Shown: one piece after another, positions 26,322 to 34,404 of the stretch
How positions within the stretch are numbered: the first letter of the stretch is position 1
Layout of the letters: the number at the start of each line of letters is the position of its first letter
Position numbers and translations under genes: made by a program
The notes under the pieces: generated by a model
The model's database searches: none
What the model was told of the DNA's origin: nothing
Seen by the model: the letters and a program-made list of their open reading frames with translations, nothing else
Source of the DNA: Patescibacteria group bacterium
GTDB taxonomy: Bacteria; Patescibacteriota; Minisyncoccia; 2-02-FULL-40-12
Assembly: GCA_038065855.1 (NCBI GenBank)
Contig: JBBTQD010000008.1
Location: 1 to 41,357 of the forward strand
Length of the DNA stretch: 41,357 nucleotides
Reading direction: 5' to 3'

Positions 26322-27196
26322 AAGTTCAGGAAAAATTTTACTTTTTCTTCCACTACTTTCTGCATCTTCTTAACCGCTTCTTCTAAAAACTTATAAGGCG
26401 TTGTTTCACTCGGCGCTTCTTTTAATTTTTCTTCAATCCCTTGCCGATAAGCAATCCGAACTTCTGTATTTATATGGATATTGACGATTCCATTTTCGAT
26501 TGCTTTCTTGAAATCTTCACCGGCCAACCCCGAACCGCCGTGCAAAACTAGAAAAGTTTCCGGAACAGCCTCGTTTATTTTTTTAAGCAAGCTAAAATCG
26601 AGTTTCTCTTCCTGTTTTGAAACGATACCGTGGATATTGCCGAAAACAACGGCCAGTCGGTCAACACCGGTTTTATCCACAAACTCTTTAGCTTGTTCCG
26701 GCTTAGTAAAATCTTCCGGCTTTATTTCAACCGCTTCCTGTAATTTTGACTCGCCTCGAAGATAACCTAATTCTCCTTCAACTGTGATTTCCGGATTAAC
26801 TGACTTAGCATAATCAACCACGCCGTGGGTCGTCTTGATGTTTTCTTCAAAGGGCATTATTGAACCATCGATCAATACCGTGTCATAGCCGGCGCCAATC
26901 ACTTCTTGGCAGGATTCAAAGCTCCTATGGTGGTCGGCGTTCAAAAATATCGGGATATTGGTTTCTTTTTTCCATGAGTCAACCAAGGCCCGGGCTTGGC
27001 CGTAGCCCAAAAATTTCGCCTCTCCTTCCGAGGTTCCGGCCATCAGAGCGTATTGGTCGTAAGGCAAATTATAAAAATCCAGAACTTTCTTAAACCCCAA
27101 AACAATCGCCTCAAGCTGCTCCGCCGAGGCAAAATTAAAATGCGGAATGGCAAATTTCCTGTCTTTGGCAATTTTCAGATAGTCGTTGAGATTCAC
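26318..27196 (-). CDS. fba: Class II fructose-bisphosphate aldolase
   Basis: NADH, EGELG, GNIHG, LVLHGGSG and INTE motifs. Confidence 0.93.
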   Translation of the reverse strand: MNLNDYLKIAKDRKFAIPHFNFASAEQLEAIVLGFKKVLDFYNLPYDQYALMAGTSEGEAKFLGYGQARALVDSWKKETNIPIFLNADHHRSFESCQEVIGAGYDTVLIDGSIMPFEENIKTTHGVVDYAKSVNPEITVEGELGYLRGESKLQEAVEIKPEDFTKPEQAKEFVDKTGVDRLAVVFGNIHGIVSKQEEKLDFSLLKKINEAVPETFLVLHGGSGLAGEDFKKAIENGIVNIHINTEVRIAYRQGIEEKLKEAPSETTPYKFLEEAVKKMQKVVEEKVKFFLNL

Positions 27197-28416
27197 TACA
27201 ATTCAATATATCCCTTGATGATGTTTTGTTCAATCAGTTTGTTCATTTTGTCGCGCCCGAAATATTCTATGAATATCTTGTTCCACAGCGCCTCTTGTTG
27301 GTGATATAAATATTTCGTCTCGCCTTTTTTCACCAAAGTCATCACCAAATCAACTAAATCAAAACTGACCAATTCATCACCGTCCTCCTTCGCCAAGGCT
27401 TCGGAGGACCTTCGGAAAAATCCTCCGACAAAATCAAGCTTCTTCCAAAATTCAAAATCCGGCCCAAGCTTAGCCAAACTCTCCTGGGCTTTATACCAAT
27501 GCTCCGCCTCCGGATTTACATGGGGTAAAAATAAGCGCGGATCATTCAGATTATCTTTGGCCAAGTATCTTTGAATTATCAGCCAATTTATTTTTGATAT
27601 TTGATATTTAATATTTGATATTTCTATCACATCCCCCCGTAAAAGCGATTTCATTTTTTCAACAAAATCCGGTTCTTTAGAAAATTGTCTGAATAATTTT
27701 GAATAAAACGGCACCTCGTTGAGATAATGCAAAAGCAGAGTAAAAACTCTTAAAACTTCTCCGGGCGTGTCAATCTTCAATGGAATCACAAAAATAATGC
27801 CTAATTCTTTAAGATGGCTGACGTTGTGGTACTTTTTCTCTAAAAAAGATTCGGCCACCCCCAACCATTTTTCTTCCAAAACTTTTAACTGAATCGGTCG
27901 CTCTTCAAAATCTTCCGGTTTTAAAACATCATAGGCCTCGTCAAAAAACTTATGCATCCATCCGGTGCTTTGAGTAAAACGCAGAGCCGAAAAAACCGAT
28001 TCAAAAGACTCTTTATCAACAAGCTCACGGACGTTTTTATAGCCAAAAAAATCCAAAAGATTCCGCGGCGGATATTTCTCCAAAAGCTCAACCGCTTTTT
28101 CTTTTTTTATAAAAAAACCGGCCCTATTCTCAACTAAATTCAGCGCTTTTTCACAAAACCCCTGCCATTCAGGCGGCAGTTTTTTCTCCAAATCAGCCAA
28201 TCTAGTCTCAAGGGCTTGATGAATTTCTTGAGCGGAATTTTCTTTGGATAATCCTAATTCAGCCAGAATCTCGCCAACCAGCCGATCGTTTTCTTCAATT
28301 ATCTTTTGAACTACTCCTTTCTGACCAGTTATTCGAGACATTTTACTCTTCAAATCCAAAAGGGCCCTGGGCTTAATGCGAAGTATTTTCGCTAATTTAT
28401 TAAATGAATCTTGCAT
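27196..28416 (-). CDS. Hypothetical protein translationally coupled to fba
   Basis: 406 aa ORF whose stop overlaps the fba ATG; no family recognised. Confidence 0.75.
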   Translation of the reverse strand: MQDSFNKLAKILRIKPRALLDLKSKMSRITGQKGVVQKIIEENDRLVGEILAELGLSKENSAQEIHQALETRLADLEKKLPPEWQGFCEKALNLVENRAGFFIKKEKAVELLEKYPPRNLLDFFGYKNVRELVDKESFESVFSALRFTQSTGWMHKFFDEAYDVLKPEDFEERPIQLKVLEEKWLGVAESFLEKKYHNVSHLKELGIIFVIPLKIDTPGEVLRVFTLLLHYLNEVPFYSKLFRQFSKEPDFVEKMKSLLRGDVIEISNIKYQISKINWLIIQRYLAKDNLNDPRLFLPHVNPEAEHWYKAQESLAKLGPDFEFWKKLDFVGGFFRRSSEALAKEDGDELVSFDLVDLVMTLVKKGETKYLYHQQEALWNKIFIEYFGRDKMNKLIEQNIIKGYIEL

Positions 28417-28514
28417 TAATTAAGTGTAAAACAAAAATTTAAAAATAAAAAATAGCGAAGAATATTTCATCCTCGCCCCGTGGAGTAATGAAGTGTTATT
28501 TATTTTATTAGAAA

Positions 28515-29501
28515 TTATTTAATTTCAACTTCCACCAAAGGCCACGGACCCCAGTCATCCTTTTTGAGTATCCCAGCCTTGGGCCCAAATTGGGCCACAA
28601 CCGAAGAGGCGTTGGCTGTGGCGAATTGAATTGATTTTACTATATCGCTGCTAGACAAAATATATTGCGACACGAACCCCGAGACAAAAGCGTCGCCGGC
28701 GCCGGTACGCTCAACCCGCGGCGAATTCGGCGTCCCGGCTTTATAAACCGATTTCTTGTCCGAAACCAGAACCCCTTCCGGACCAAGCGTCAAAACTACA
28801 ATCCCCTTCACTAATTTACCTAATTCTCTTAAAATTTCTTCATTGGTCATCGGAGTTTGGGATTTTAATAAAAATTCCCCCTCCTCCTTATTAACACTAA
28901 AAATATCCACTTCAGCTAAATATGGCTTCAGTTTTTCCAAGCCGTGGCTCAATTCTTTTCCGCCCGGGTTAAAAGCGATTTTAAAATTCCGCGCCGTGAT
29001 ATACTCAAAAACTCTCTCAAACAAATTCCAGCTCCCGCCCAAACTATCCAGAAAAAACCATTTGGCTTTCAGTTTTTTCCATTTGATTTCATCGGAATTA
29101 AAATATTGGCCCTCACCTTTATAGCTCAAAATAGTACGCTCGGCATTCGGGTGGACCAGAATAACCGAATAGGCAGTGAGATCATCTTTGTGAACGCTGA
29201 AAAAAGGCTTTACTTTTTCGCGGTTTAACTCTTTAATTATTTCTTTGCCGTTGAAATCGTCGCCGACCACGCCGACACAACCCGCTTTCAGCCCCTGCCT
29301 TGAAAAAGTAACTGCGGCATTGGTCCCTCCCCCGCCAGTGGTAAAAACCACTTCTTTTACCTCTATCTTCGCGCCAAGAGGAAAACATTGCTCCACGCCG
29401 GTTGGAGAATCTGTGTGTTTGCGGATTTCAAAACCTTCGCTTTTTAAATAAACGTCTCGAGTGGCTGAGCCAATTGTGATTACGTCCAAAATATTAAACA
29501 T
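28515..29501 (-). CDS. PfkB-family carbohydrate kinase
   Basis: GGGGTNAA and ERTGAGDAF PfkB signatures. Confidence 0.93.
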   Translation of the reverse strand: MFNILDVITIGSATRDVYLKSEGFEIRKHTDSPTGVEQCFPLGAKIEVKEVVFTTGGGGTNAAVTFSRQGLKAGCVGVVGDDFNGKEIIKELNREKVKPFFSVHKDDLTAYSVILVHPNAERTILSYKGEGQYFNSDEIKWKKLKAKWFFLDSLGGSWNLFERVFEYITARNFKIAFNPGGKELSHGLEKLKPYLAEVDIFSVNKEEGEFLLKSQTPMTNEEILRELGKLVKGIVVLTLGPEGVLVSDKKSVYKAGTPNSPRVERTGAGDAFVSGFVSQYILSSSDIVKSIQFATANASSVVAQFGPKAGILKKDDWGPWPLVEVEIK

Positions 29502-30123
29502 TTAATTCTTTAATTGCTTCGCCTATATCTTTGCCTTCAGAAAAAATATGGCTTCCCAAAATTGCCAAATCAGCTCCTGCTTTAATAACCGCCTCAATTG
29601 TATTTGAATGAATCCCGCCATCAACCTGAATCTTTTTACTCGGGTGTCGGCCGTGGAAGTTTCTAATCTTTTCCAAAACTTCAGGCAGAAACGGCGAACT
29701 ATAGAAACCCGGATCAACGGCCATAAACTGAACTAAATCAATTCTATCAAGATATGGCTCAATTGCCGAATAATCAGTTTCAGGATTCAAAACTAAGCCG
29801 GGTTCTTTGCCGCTCCCTTTAATCTGGTTAATTAATGTCTCCAACTCCTTAGTGCTCTCCCAATGAATTAAATATCTCACCGCCCTGGTCTTCAACCAAC
29901 GGTCAATTACGCTTTCCGGATTTTTAATCATCAAATGAATTTCAAAATTCAACTTGGTGTCTATTTTTTCCATTTCCTCAAAGCCCTCAATGGTTTTATT
30001 TGGCACAAATTCTCCGTCGGCAATATCAAAATGGACTAAATCCGTATATGGCTCAATCTTTCTAACCATAGCTTCGAATTCTTCGTAGGTTTTTGCTAAA
30101 ATTGCCGGAATGATCTTAATCAT
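29494..30123 (-). CDS. rpe: Ribulose-phosphate 3-epimerase
   Basis: HFDIADGEFVPN, IHLM, MAVDPGF and VDGGI motifs. Confidence 0.95.
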   Translation of the reverse strand: MIKIIPAILAKTYEEFEAMVRKIEPYTDLVHFDIADGEFVPNKTIEGFEEMEKIDTKLNFEIHLMIKNPESVIDRWLKTRAVRYLIHWESTKELETLINQIKGSGKEPGLVLNPETDYSAIEPYLDRIDLVQFMAVDPGFYSSPFLPEVLEKIRNFHGRHPSKKIQVDGGIHSNTIEAVIKAGADLAILGSHIFSEGKDIGEAIKELNV

Positions 30124-31088
30124 TTAATCAGGTTCGGCGGCGTTCTTCCTTCCAAAGCCTCAATTATGTTTTTTGCAGCCAAAGCAGCCATTTTACCGCG
30201 GGTTTCCTCCGTCGCCGAGGCAATGTGCGGAGTTAAAATAATATTATTTAATTTCAAAAGTCCCGGCTCAACTTTTGGTTCGTTTTCAAAAACGTCAATC
30301 GCGGCGCCGCGGATCCATCCTTCTTTTAGAGCTTTGGCAAGCGCTTTTTCATTAATTATCGGCCCGCGGGAAGTGTTTATCAGATAAGCCGAGGTTCTCA
30401 TCAACTTTAATCGCCGCTCATCAATCAAATGAAGGGTCCCCCCCGTTAGAGGCACATGCAAAGAGACATAGTCGCAATGCGGTAAGAGGTCGTCAATATT
30501 TTCAAAAAACTGGGCTCCAAATTCCCGTTCAAAATTTTCATCTCTTTTCACATCAGTATATAAAACTTTCATTCCAAAGCCTTTGACCGCGTGATAAGCG
30601 ACCCGGGAACCGATTCTGCCCAAACCGACTATGCCTAAAATCTTTCCAGATAAATCAGAACCAAGTAAAAGCATCGGCCCCCAAGCCCGATAAAGGCCGG
30701 CTCGAGTGAATTTGTCGGCTTCGACAATTCTATGGCTTAAAGCCAGCATCAAAGCAAAAGTATGCTCGGCTACGGTGTCAGTCAAAACGCCGGGCGTATT
30801 GGTCACCATGATGCCGCGCTGTTTGGCCGCTTCCAAATCGACATTGTCAAAACCGACGGCCATATTAGCGATTATTTTCAAAGGCGGCCCGCCGGCGTCC
30901 ATAATCTGGACATCAATTTTCTCGGTTAAAGTTGAAAGCAAGGCGTCGGCGCCTTTAATGCCCACTAAAATTTCTTCTTTTTCCGCCCCCCGCTCTTTAG
31001 CCGCTTCATTAACCAAAACCTCATAGCCCTTATCGCGTAATAATTTTATTCCTGCTTGTGGTATTGGCCGAGTTATGAAAATTTTCAT
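30120..31088 (-). CDS. D-glycerate dehydrogenase / glyoxylate reductase (D-2-hydroxyacid dehydrogenase)
   Basis: GLGRIG, INTSRG, DVFENEP and TPHIASA motifs. Confidence 0.93.
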   Translation of the reverse strand: MKIFITRPIPQAGIKLLRDKGYEVLVNEAAKERGAEKEEILVGIKGADALLSTLTEKIDVQIMDAGGPPLKIIANMAVGFDNVDLEAAKQRGIMVTNTPGVLTDTVAEHTFALMLALSHRIVEADKFTRAGLYRAWGPMLLLGSDLSGKILGIVGLGRIGSRVAYHAVKGFGMKVLYTDVKRDENFEREFGAQFFENIDDLLPHCDYVSLHVPLTGGTLHLIDERRLKLMRTSAYLINTSRGPIINEKALAKALKEGWIRGAAIDVFENEPKVEPGLLKLNNIILTPHIASATEETRGKMAALAAKNIIEALEGRTPPNLIK

Positions 31089-31546
31089 TGGTCTATTTTT
31101 TCAATCCTTCTTATATGCCTTTCTTCTCCGGGAAATGGAGTCTCAAGCCAAAGTTTGATTGCTCTTTTGGCGGTTTCTTCATCCAAAAAAGAAGCGCCTA
31201 AAGACAGGACATTGGCATTGTTATGTTCGCGGGACATTCTAATCATTTCTTCACCCGCTTGCCCTGAGCTTGTCGAAGGGCTGTAAAAAACCGCAGCTCT
31301 CACATCCTTATAGCGATTCGCAACCATTGCCTCGCCCTGTCCCGAACCGCCTAAGATTATCCCTCGACTTCGCTCGGGATCATTTGCTACGGCTTGAGCG
31401 GCCCTCTGAACAAAGTCGGGGTAATCGTCGTCCTGATTATACTTAAAAGCCCCCATATCTTCATATTGATAACCCCATTCTGAAAGCCACTGCTTAATTT
31501 TTTCTTTCAGTTGGAAACCTCGATGATCAGTAGCTAGATAAATCAT
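31085..31546 (-). CDS. rpiB: Ribose-5-phosphate isomerase B
   Basis: TDHRG, DYP, GGSGQGE, HNNAN and RHIRR motifs. Confidence 0.93.
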   Translation of the reverse strand: MIYLATDHRGFQLKEKIKQWLSEWGYQYEDMGAFKYNQDDDYPDFVQRAAQAVANDPERSRGIILGGSGQGEAMVANRYKDVRAAVFYSPSTSSGQAGEEMIRMSREHNNANVLSLGASFLDEETAKRAIKLWLETPFPGEERHIRRIEKIDQ

Positions 31547-32463
31547 TATTTTAATCTATTTAAATAATTAACCGCTTGAAGCAACGCGCAGCAACCTTGT
31601 CCGGCGGCAATGACTATCTGCTTAAACGGCACATCAGTCACGTCGCCGGCGGCAAAAAGCCCGGGAATATTGGTTTCGCAGTTCTTACTGACCGCGATTT
31701 CGCCGAATTTGGTTTTTTCAACTTCTGGCGGAACAATCTGGCTATTCGGCACCATGCCGATATGAATAAAAATGCCATCGACTTTCAATTCTTGTTCTTG
31801 ACCGCTTTGATCTTTATATTTTAACCCACTCACAAAACCATCACCTGAAACTCCAGTGGTTATGGCATTATAAATTATTTCAACATTTTTCTTTTTCAAA
31901 AGATTATCTAATAAAATCTGGTCGCCTTTAAAAAAAGGGTTTTTATTTATCACATAAACTTTTGAAGCAATATCAGCCAACATGATTCCTGACTCCAAGA
32001 CCGAATTCCCGCCGCCGACTGTGGCTACGATTTTACCCGGGAATAATGGCCCATCGCAGACAGTGCAATAACTTAAGCCCTTATTCCTCAACTCTTTCTC
32101 ACCCGGAATATTCAATTCTTTGGGATGGACGCCGGTGGCGACAATAACGGCTTTAGCTGCATATTCTCCGGTTTTAGCCATAACTCTAAAAGAACCGTCA
32201 TCCTGCCGGATTACTTTTTCAACCTCAATTTCCTCCTCCATATCCGCTTTGTAAAATTTAAGATGCTCTTTGAACTGATTAGCCAAAGCGATGCCGTCGG
32301 TCTGGTTTATGCCCGGCCAGTTGCCTATTTCGCCGGAAGTAGCCACCTCGCCGCCGAAATCTTTTGAAATGATTTTAAAATTCAAATTCCGCCGGGCCGC
32401 ATAAATGCCGGCGGTAGTAGCGGCGGCCGAACCGCCAATGATTATTAAATCATACTTCTCCAT
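31546..32463 (-). CDS. trxB: Thioredoxin reductase-like FAD disulfide oxidoreductase
   Basis: CTVCDG active site, GGGNS and FAAGDV motifs. Confidence 0.88.
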   Translation of the reverse strand: MEKYDLIIIGGSAAATTAGIYAARRNLNFKIISKDFGGEVATSGEIGNWPGINQTDGIALANQFKEHLKFYKADMEEEIEVEKVIRQDDGSFRVMAKTGEYAAKAVIVATGVHPKELNIPGEKELRNKGLSYCTVCDGPLFPGKIVATVGGGNSVLESGIMLADIASKVYVINKNPFFKGDQILLDNLLKKKNVEIIYNAITTGVSGDGFVSGLKYKDQSGQEQELKVDGIFIHIGMVPNSQIVPPEVEKTKFGEIAVSKNCETNIPGLFAAGDVTDVPFKQIVIAAGQGCCALLQAVNYLNRLK

Positions 32464-32497
32464 TTGATTATTTTTATCTTATAATAAAAAGTATCCG

Positions 32498-33817
32498 ATG
32501 ACAAAGAAGTATCTCTTGATAATTCTGGCCCTTTCTTTACTGACTCGTTTTATCTTTTTCGGCCATCCGGCTGAAACTGTTTTTGACGAAGTCCATTTCG
32601 GTAAGTTCGTTTCCGGTTACTTCACCGGTCAGTATTTTTTTGACATCCACCCGCCCTTAGGCAAACTTATGATTGCCGGCATGGCTAAAATTTCCGGATT
32701 CCAGCCCGGCTTTTCTTTTGAAAATATAGGCCAGAAATTCCCTGACGATTCTTACAAGTGGTTTCGCTTTCTGCCAAAACTAGCCGGTGCCCTAATTCCG
32801 GTCTTGATTTTCTTAATCGCCCTTGAACTTGGTATCAGCCAAAAATTCGCTTTCCTAGGCGGCCTGCTTTTGGTTTTTGAAAATTCCCTGCTCGTCCAGT
32901 CGCAGTTTATTCTACTTGATTCTTTTCTTCTGCTTTTCGGCTTTTCAGCGATTCTGTTTTTCTTAAAATCCAGAATTCTCAATTTTAAGCGATCGCCCGA
33001 AATTAAGAATAATAGAAAATATTTATTTTTTTCAGGGGTCTTTTCTTCACTGGCCTTTTCCGTCAAATGGACCGGCCTTTCATTCTTAGGCTTGATTTTT
33101 ATTTTCTATTTCTGGAACTGGCTGAAATCAGGCCAGAAATTAAAACAAAGCATAAACGGTTTTATATTCCTGATTTTAATTCCATTCACCATTTACTTCT
33201 CAATTTTTACCGTTCACTTCTCGCTTTTGGATAAACCCGGACCCGGTCTTGCTTTCCACCCGCCGAATTTCCAACAGATGAACATTTTTGAAAAATTCGC
33301 CGGACTTAATCTGGAGCTTTATAGAAGCAACACTCGACTGGGCGCCACTCATCCTTACACAAGCCAGTGGTTCCAGTGGCCTTTTATGAATAAACCCATT
33401 TATTACTGGAATAATTCATTGGACTCCGGCTCCAAAATATACTTTTTAGGCAACCCGCTGATTTATTGGCTTTCAACCATTGCGGTGATTTATTTTATTT
33501 TTTCTTCTTTTAGAAGTTTCCGTGCTCTAAGTTCTACCCGCTACTTTCTGCTTGCCGGATATTTATTAAATCTTCTGCCTTTTATCTTCATTGGCCGAGT
33601 GATGTTTTTATATCATTATTTGGCTTCATTGATTTTCGCGGTTTTGATTTTGGCCTTTATATTAGATAGCTCGAAGCTTAGAAATAAAAAATTAATTTTT
33701 AATACCATTTTAGCCGGTTCAATAATCTTATTCCTCTTCTTCTCGCCCCTGACTTATGGCCTGGCGATTCCGGAATGGTATTATAAATCTATGGTTTGGC
33801 TACCGGAGTGGCGATAA
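32498..33817 (+). CDS. Protein O-mannosyltransferase (GT39/PMT family)
   Basis: VFDEVHFGKF, FFDIHPPLGK, SVKWTG, HPYTS and RVMFLYHY motifs. Confidence 0.9.
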   Translation: MTKKYLLIILALSLLTRFIFFGHPAETVFDEVHFGKFVSGYFTGQYFFDIHPPLGKLMIAGMAKISGFQPGFSFENIGQKFPDDSYKWFRFLPKLAGALIPVLIFLIALELGISQKFAFLGGLLLVFENSLLVQSQFILLDSFLLLFGFSAILFFLKSRILNFKRSPEIKNNRKYLFFSGVFSSLAFSVKWTGLSFLGLIFIFYFWNWLKSGQKLKQSINGFIFLILIPFTIYFSIFTVHFSLLDKPGPGLAFHPPNFQQMNIFEKFAGLNLELYRSNTRLGATHPYTSQWFQWPFMNKPIYYWNNSLDSGSKIYFLGNPLIYWLSTIAVIYFIFSSFRSFRALSSTRYFLLAGYLLNLLPFIFIGRVMFLYHYLASLIFAVLILAFILDSSKLRNKKLIFNTILAGSIILFLFFSPLTYGLAIPEWYYKSMVWLPEWR

Positions 33818-33851
33818 AAAGAAAAAGCCCCGCTGTCCGAAGACGCGAGGC
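33816..33851 (-). terminator. Intrinsic terminator
   Basis: Minus strand GCCTCGC-GTC-TTCG-GAC-A-GCGGGGC followed by TTTTTCTTTTT; cUUCGg tetraloop. Confidence 0.85.
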
Positions 33852-34140
33852 TGGAGAAAAGATTCTGGTGGTTTTTTAAAAAAACTTGTAAAAGTGCTGT
33901 GGTGTCGGGTTTTCGTACCGACTGGCAGGCGCTTTTTCGTCCTGCCTTACGGCCTCTTCTCGGTGCCCCAGAATCCCCCGATACCAGGACAGTCCCAGAA
34001 GAGACGAGGGATATTATTTATAAAATGTTTAAAAAGGTGTTCCTTGGTGGAAACAATAGTAGTCAAACCTTATTTTTTCCTTAATAATCGCTGATTTCTA
34101 CCATTACTGTCCACTAAGCAACCCCCTTTTTTAGCCTGAT
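33816..34140 (-). ncRNA. Candidate structured non-coding RNA (~325 nt, unknown family)
   Basis: Lies between a perfect promoter and a terminator; ~100 nt rod hairpin plus several GC-rich hairpins; no minus-strand ORF in the track. Confidence 0.5.
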
Positions 34141-34146
34141 AAGTCC

Positions 34147-34175
34147 ATTATAGCAAGGCCCTTAATTCTTGTCAA
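34147..34175 (-). promoter_or_regulatory. Perfect consensus sigma70 promoter
   Basis: TTGACA (34175-34170), 17 bp spacer, TATAAT (34152-34147) with an extended TG; overlaps the end of the glutaredoxin gene. Confidence 0.85.
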
Positions 34176-34398
34176 GCGCTTCATCAATCGCTCCCCGATT
34201 GAAACCAACTATAATTTTCTCATCAATCAAAATGACCGGCACGCCCATCTGGCCGCTCGCCTGAATCATCTCCTGAATCCTGTCCGGATGCTCGCTTAAA
34301 TTCACTTCCTCATATTCAATCCCCTTCTCTTTTAAGTACTCTTTCGCTCCCCGGCAGTAAACGCAGGTTGAAGTCGTGTAAATTTTCACTTGTTTCAT
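34162..34398 (-). CDS. Glutaredoxin-like protein (NrdH/YruB type)
   Basis: CVYC, GVPV and VGFN motifs; 78 aa. Confidence 0.93.
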   Translation of the reverse strand: MKQVKIYTTSTCVYCRGAKEYLKEKGIEYEEVNLSEHPDRIQEMIQASGQMGVPVILIDEKIIVGFNRGAIDEALDKN

Positions 34399-34404
34399 TT
34401 TTCT

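Noticed and set aside
33935-33965. Hammerhead ribozyme (GAAGAG-GCCGTAAGGC...CGAAA on the minus strand)
   Set aside because: The CUGANGA core is missing and GAAA does not directly follow the stem.
33756-34094. Plus-strand ORFs 33756-34094 and 33899-34084
   Set aside because: No motifs; the promoter and terminator both point to a minus-strand transcript.
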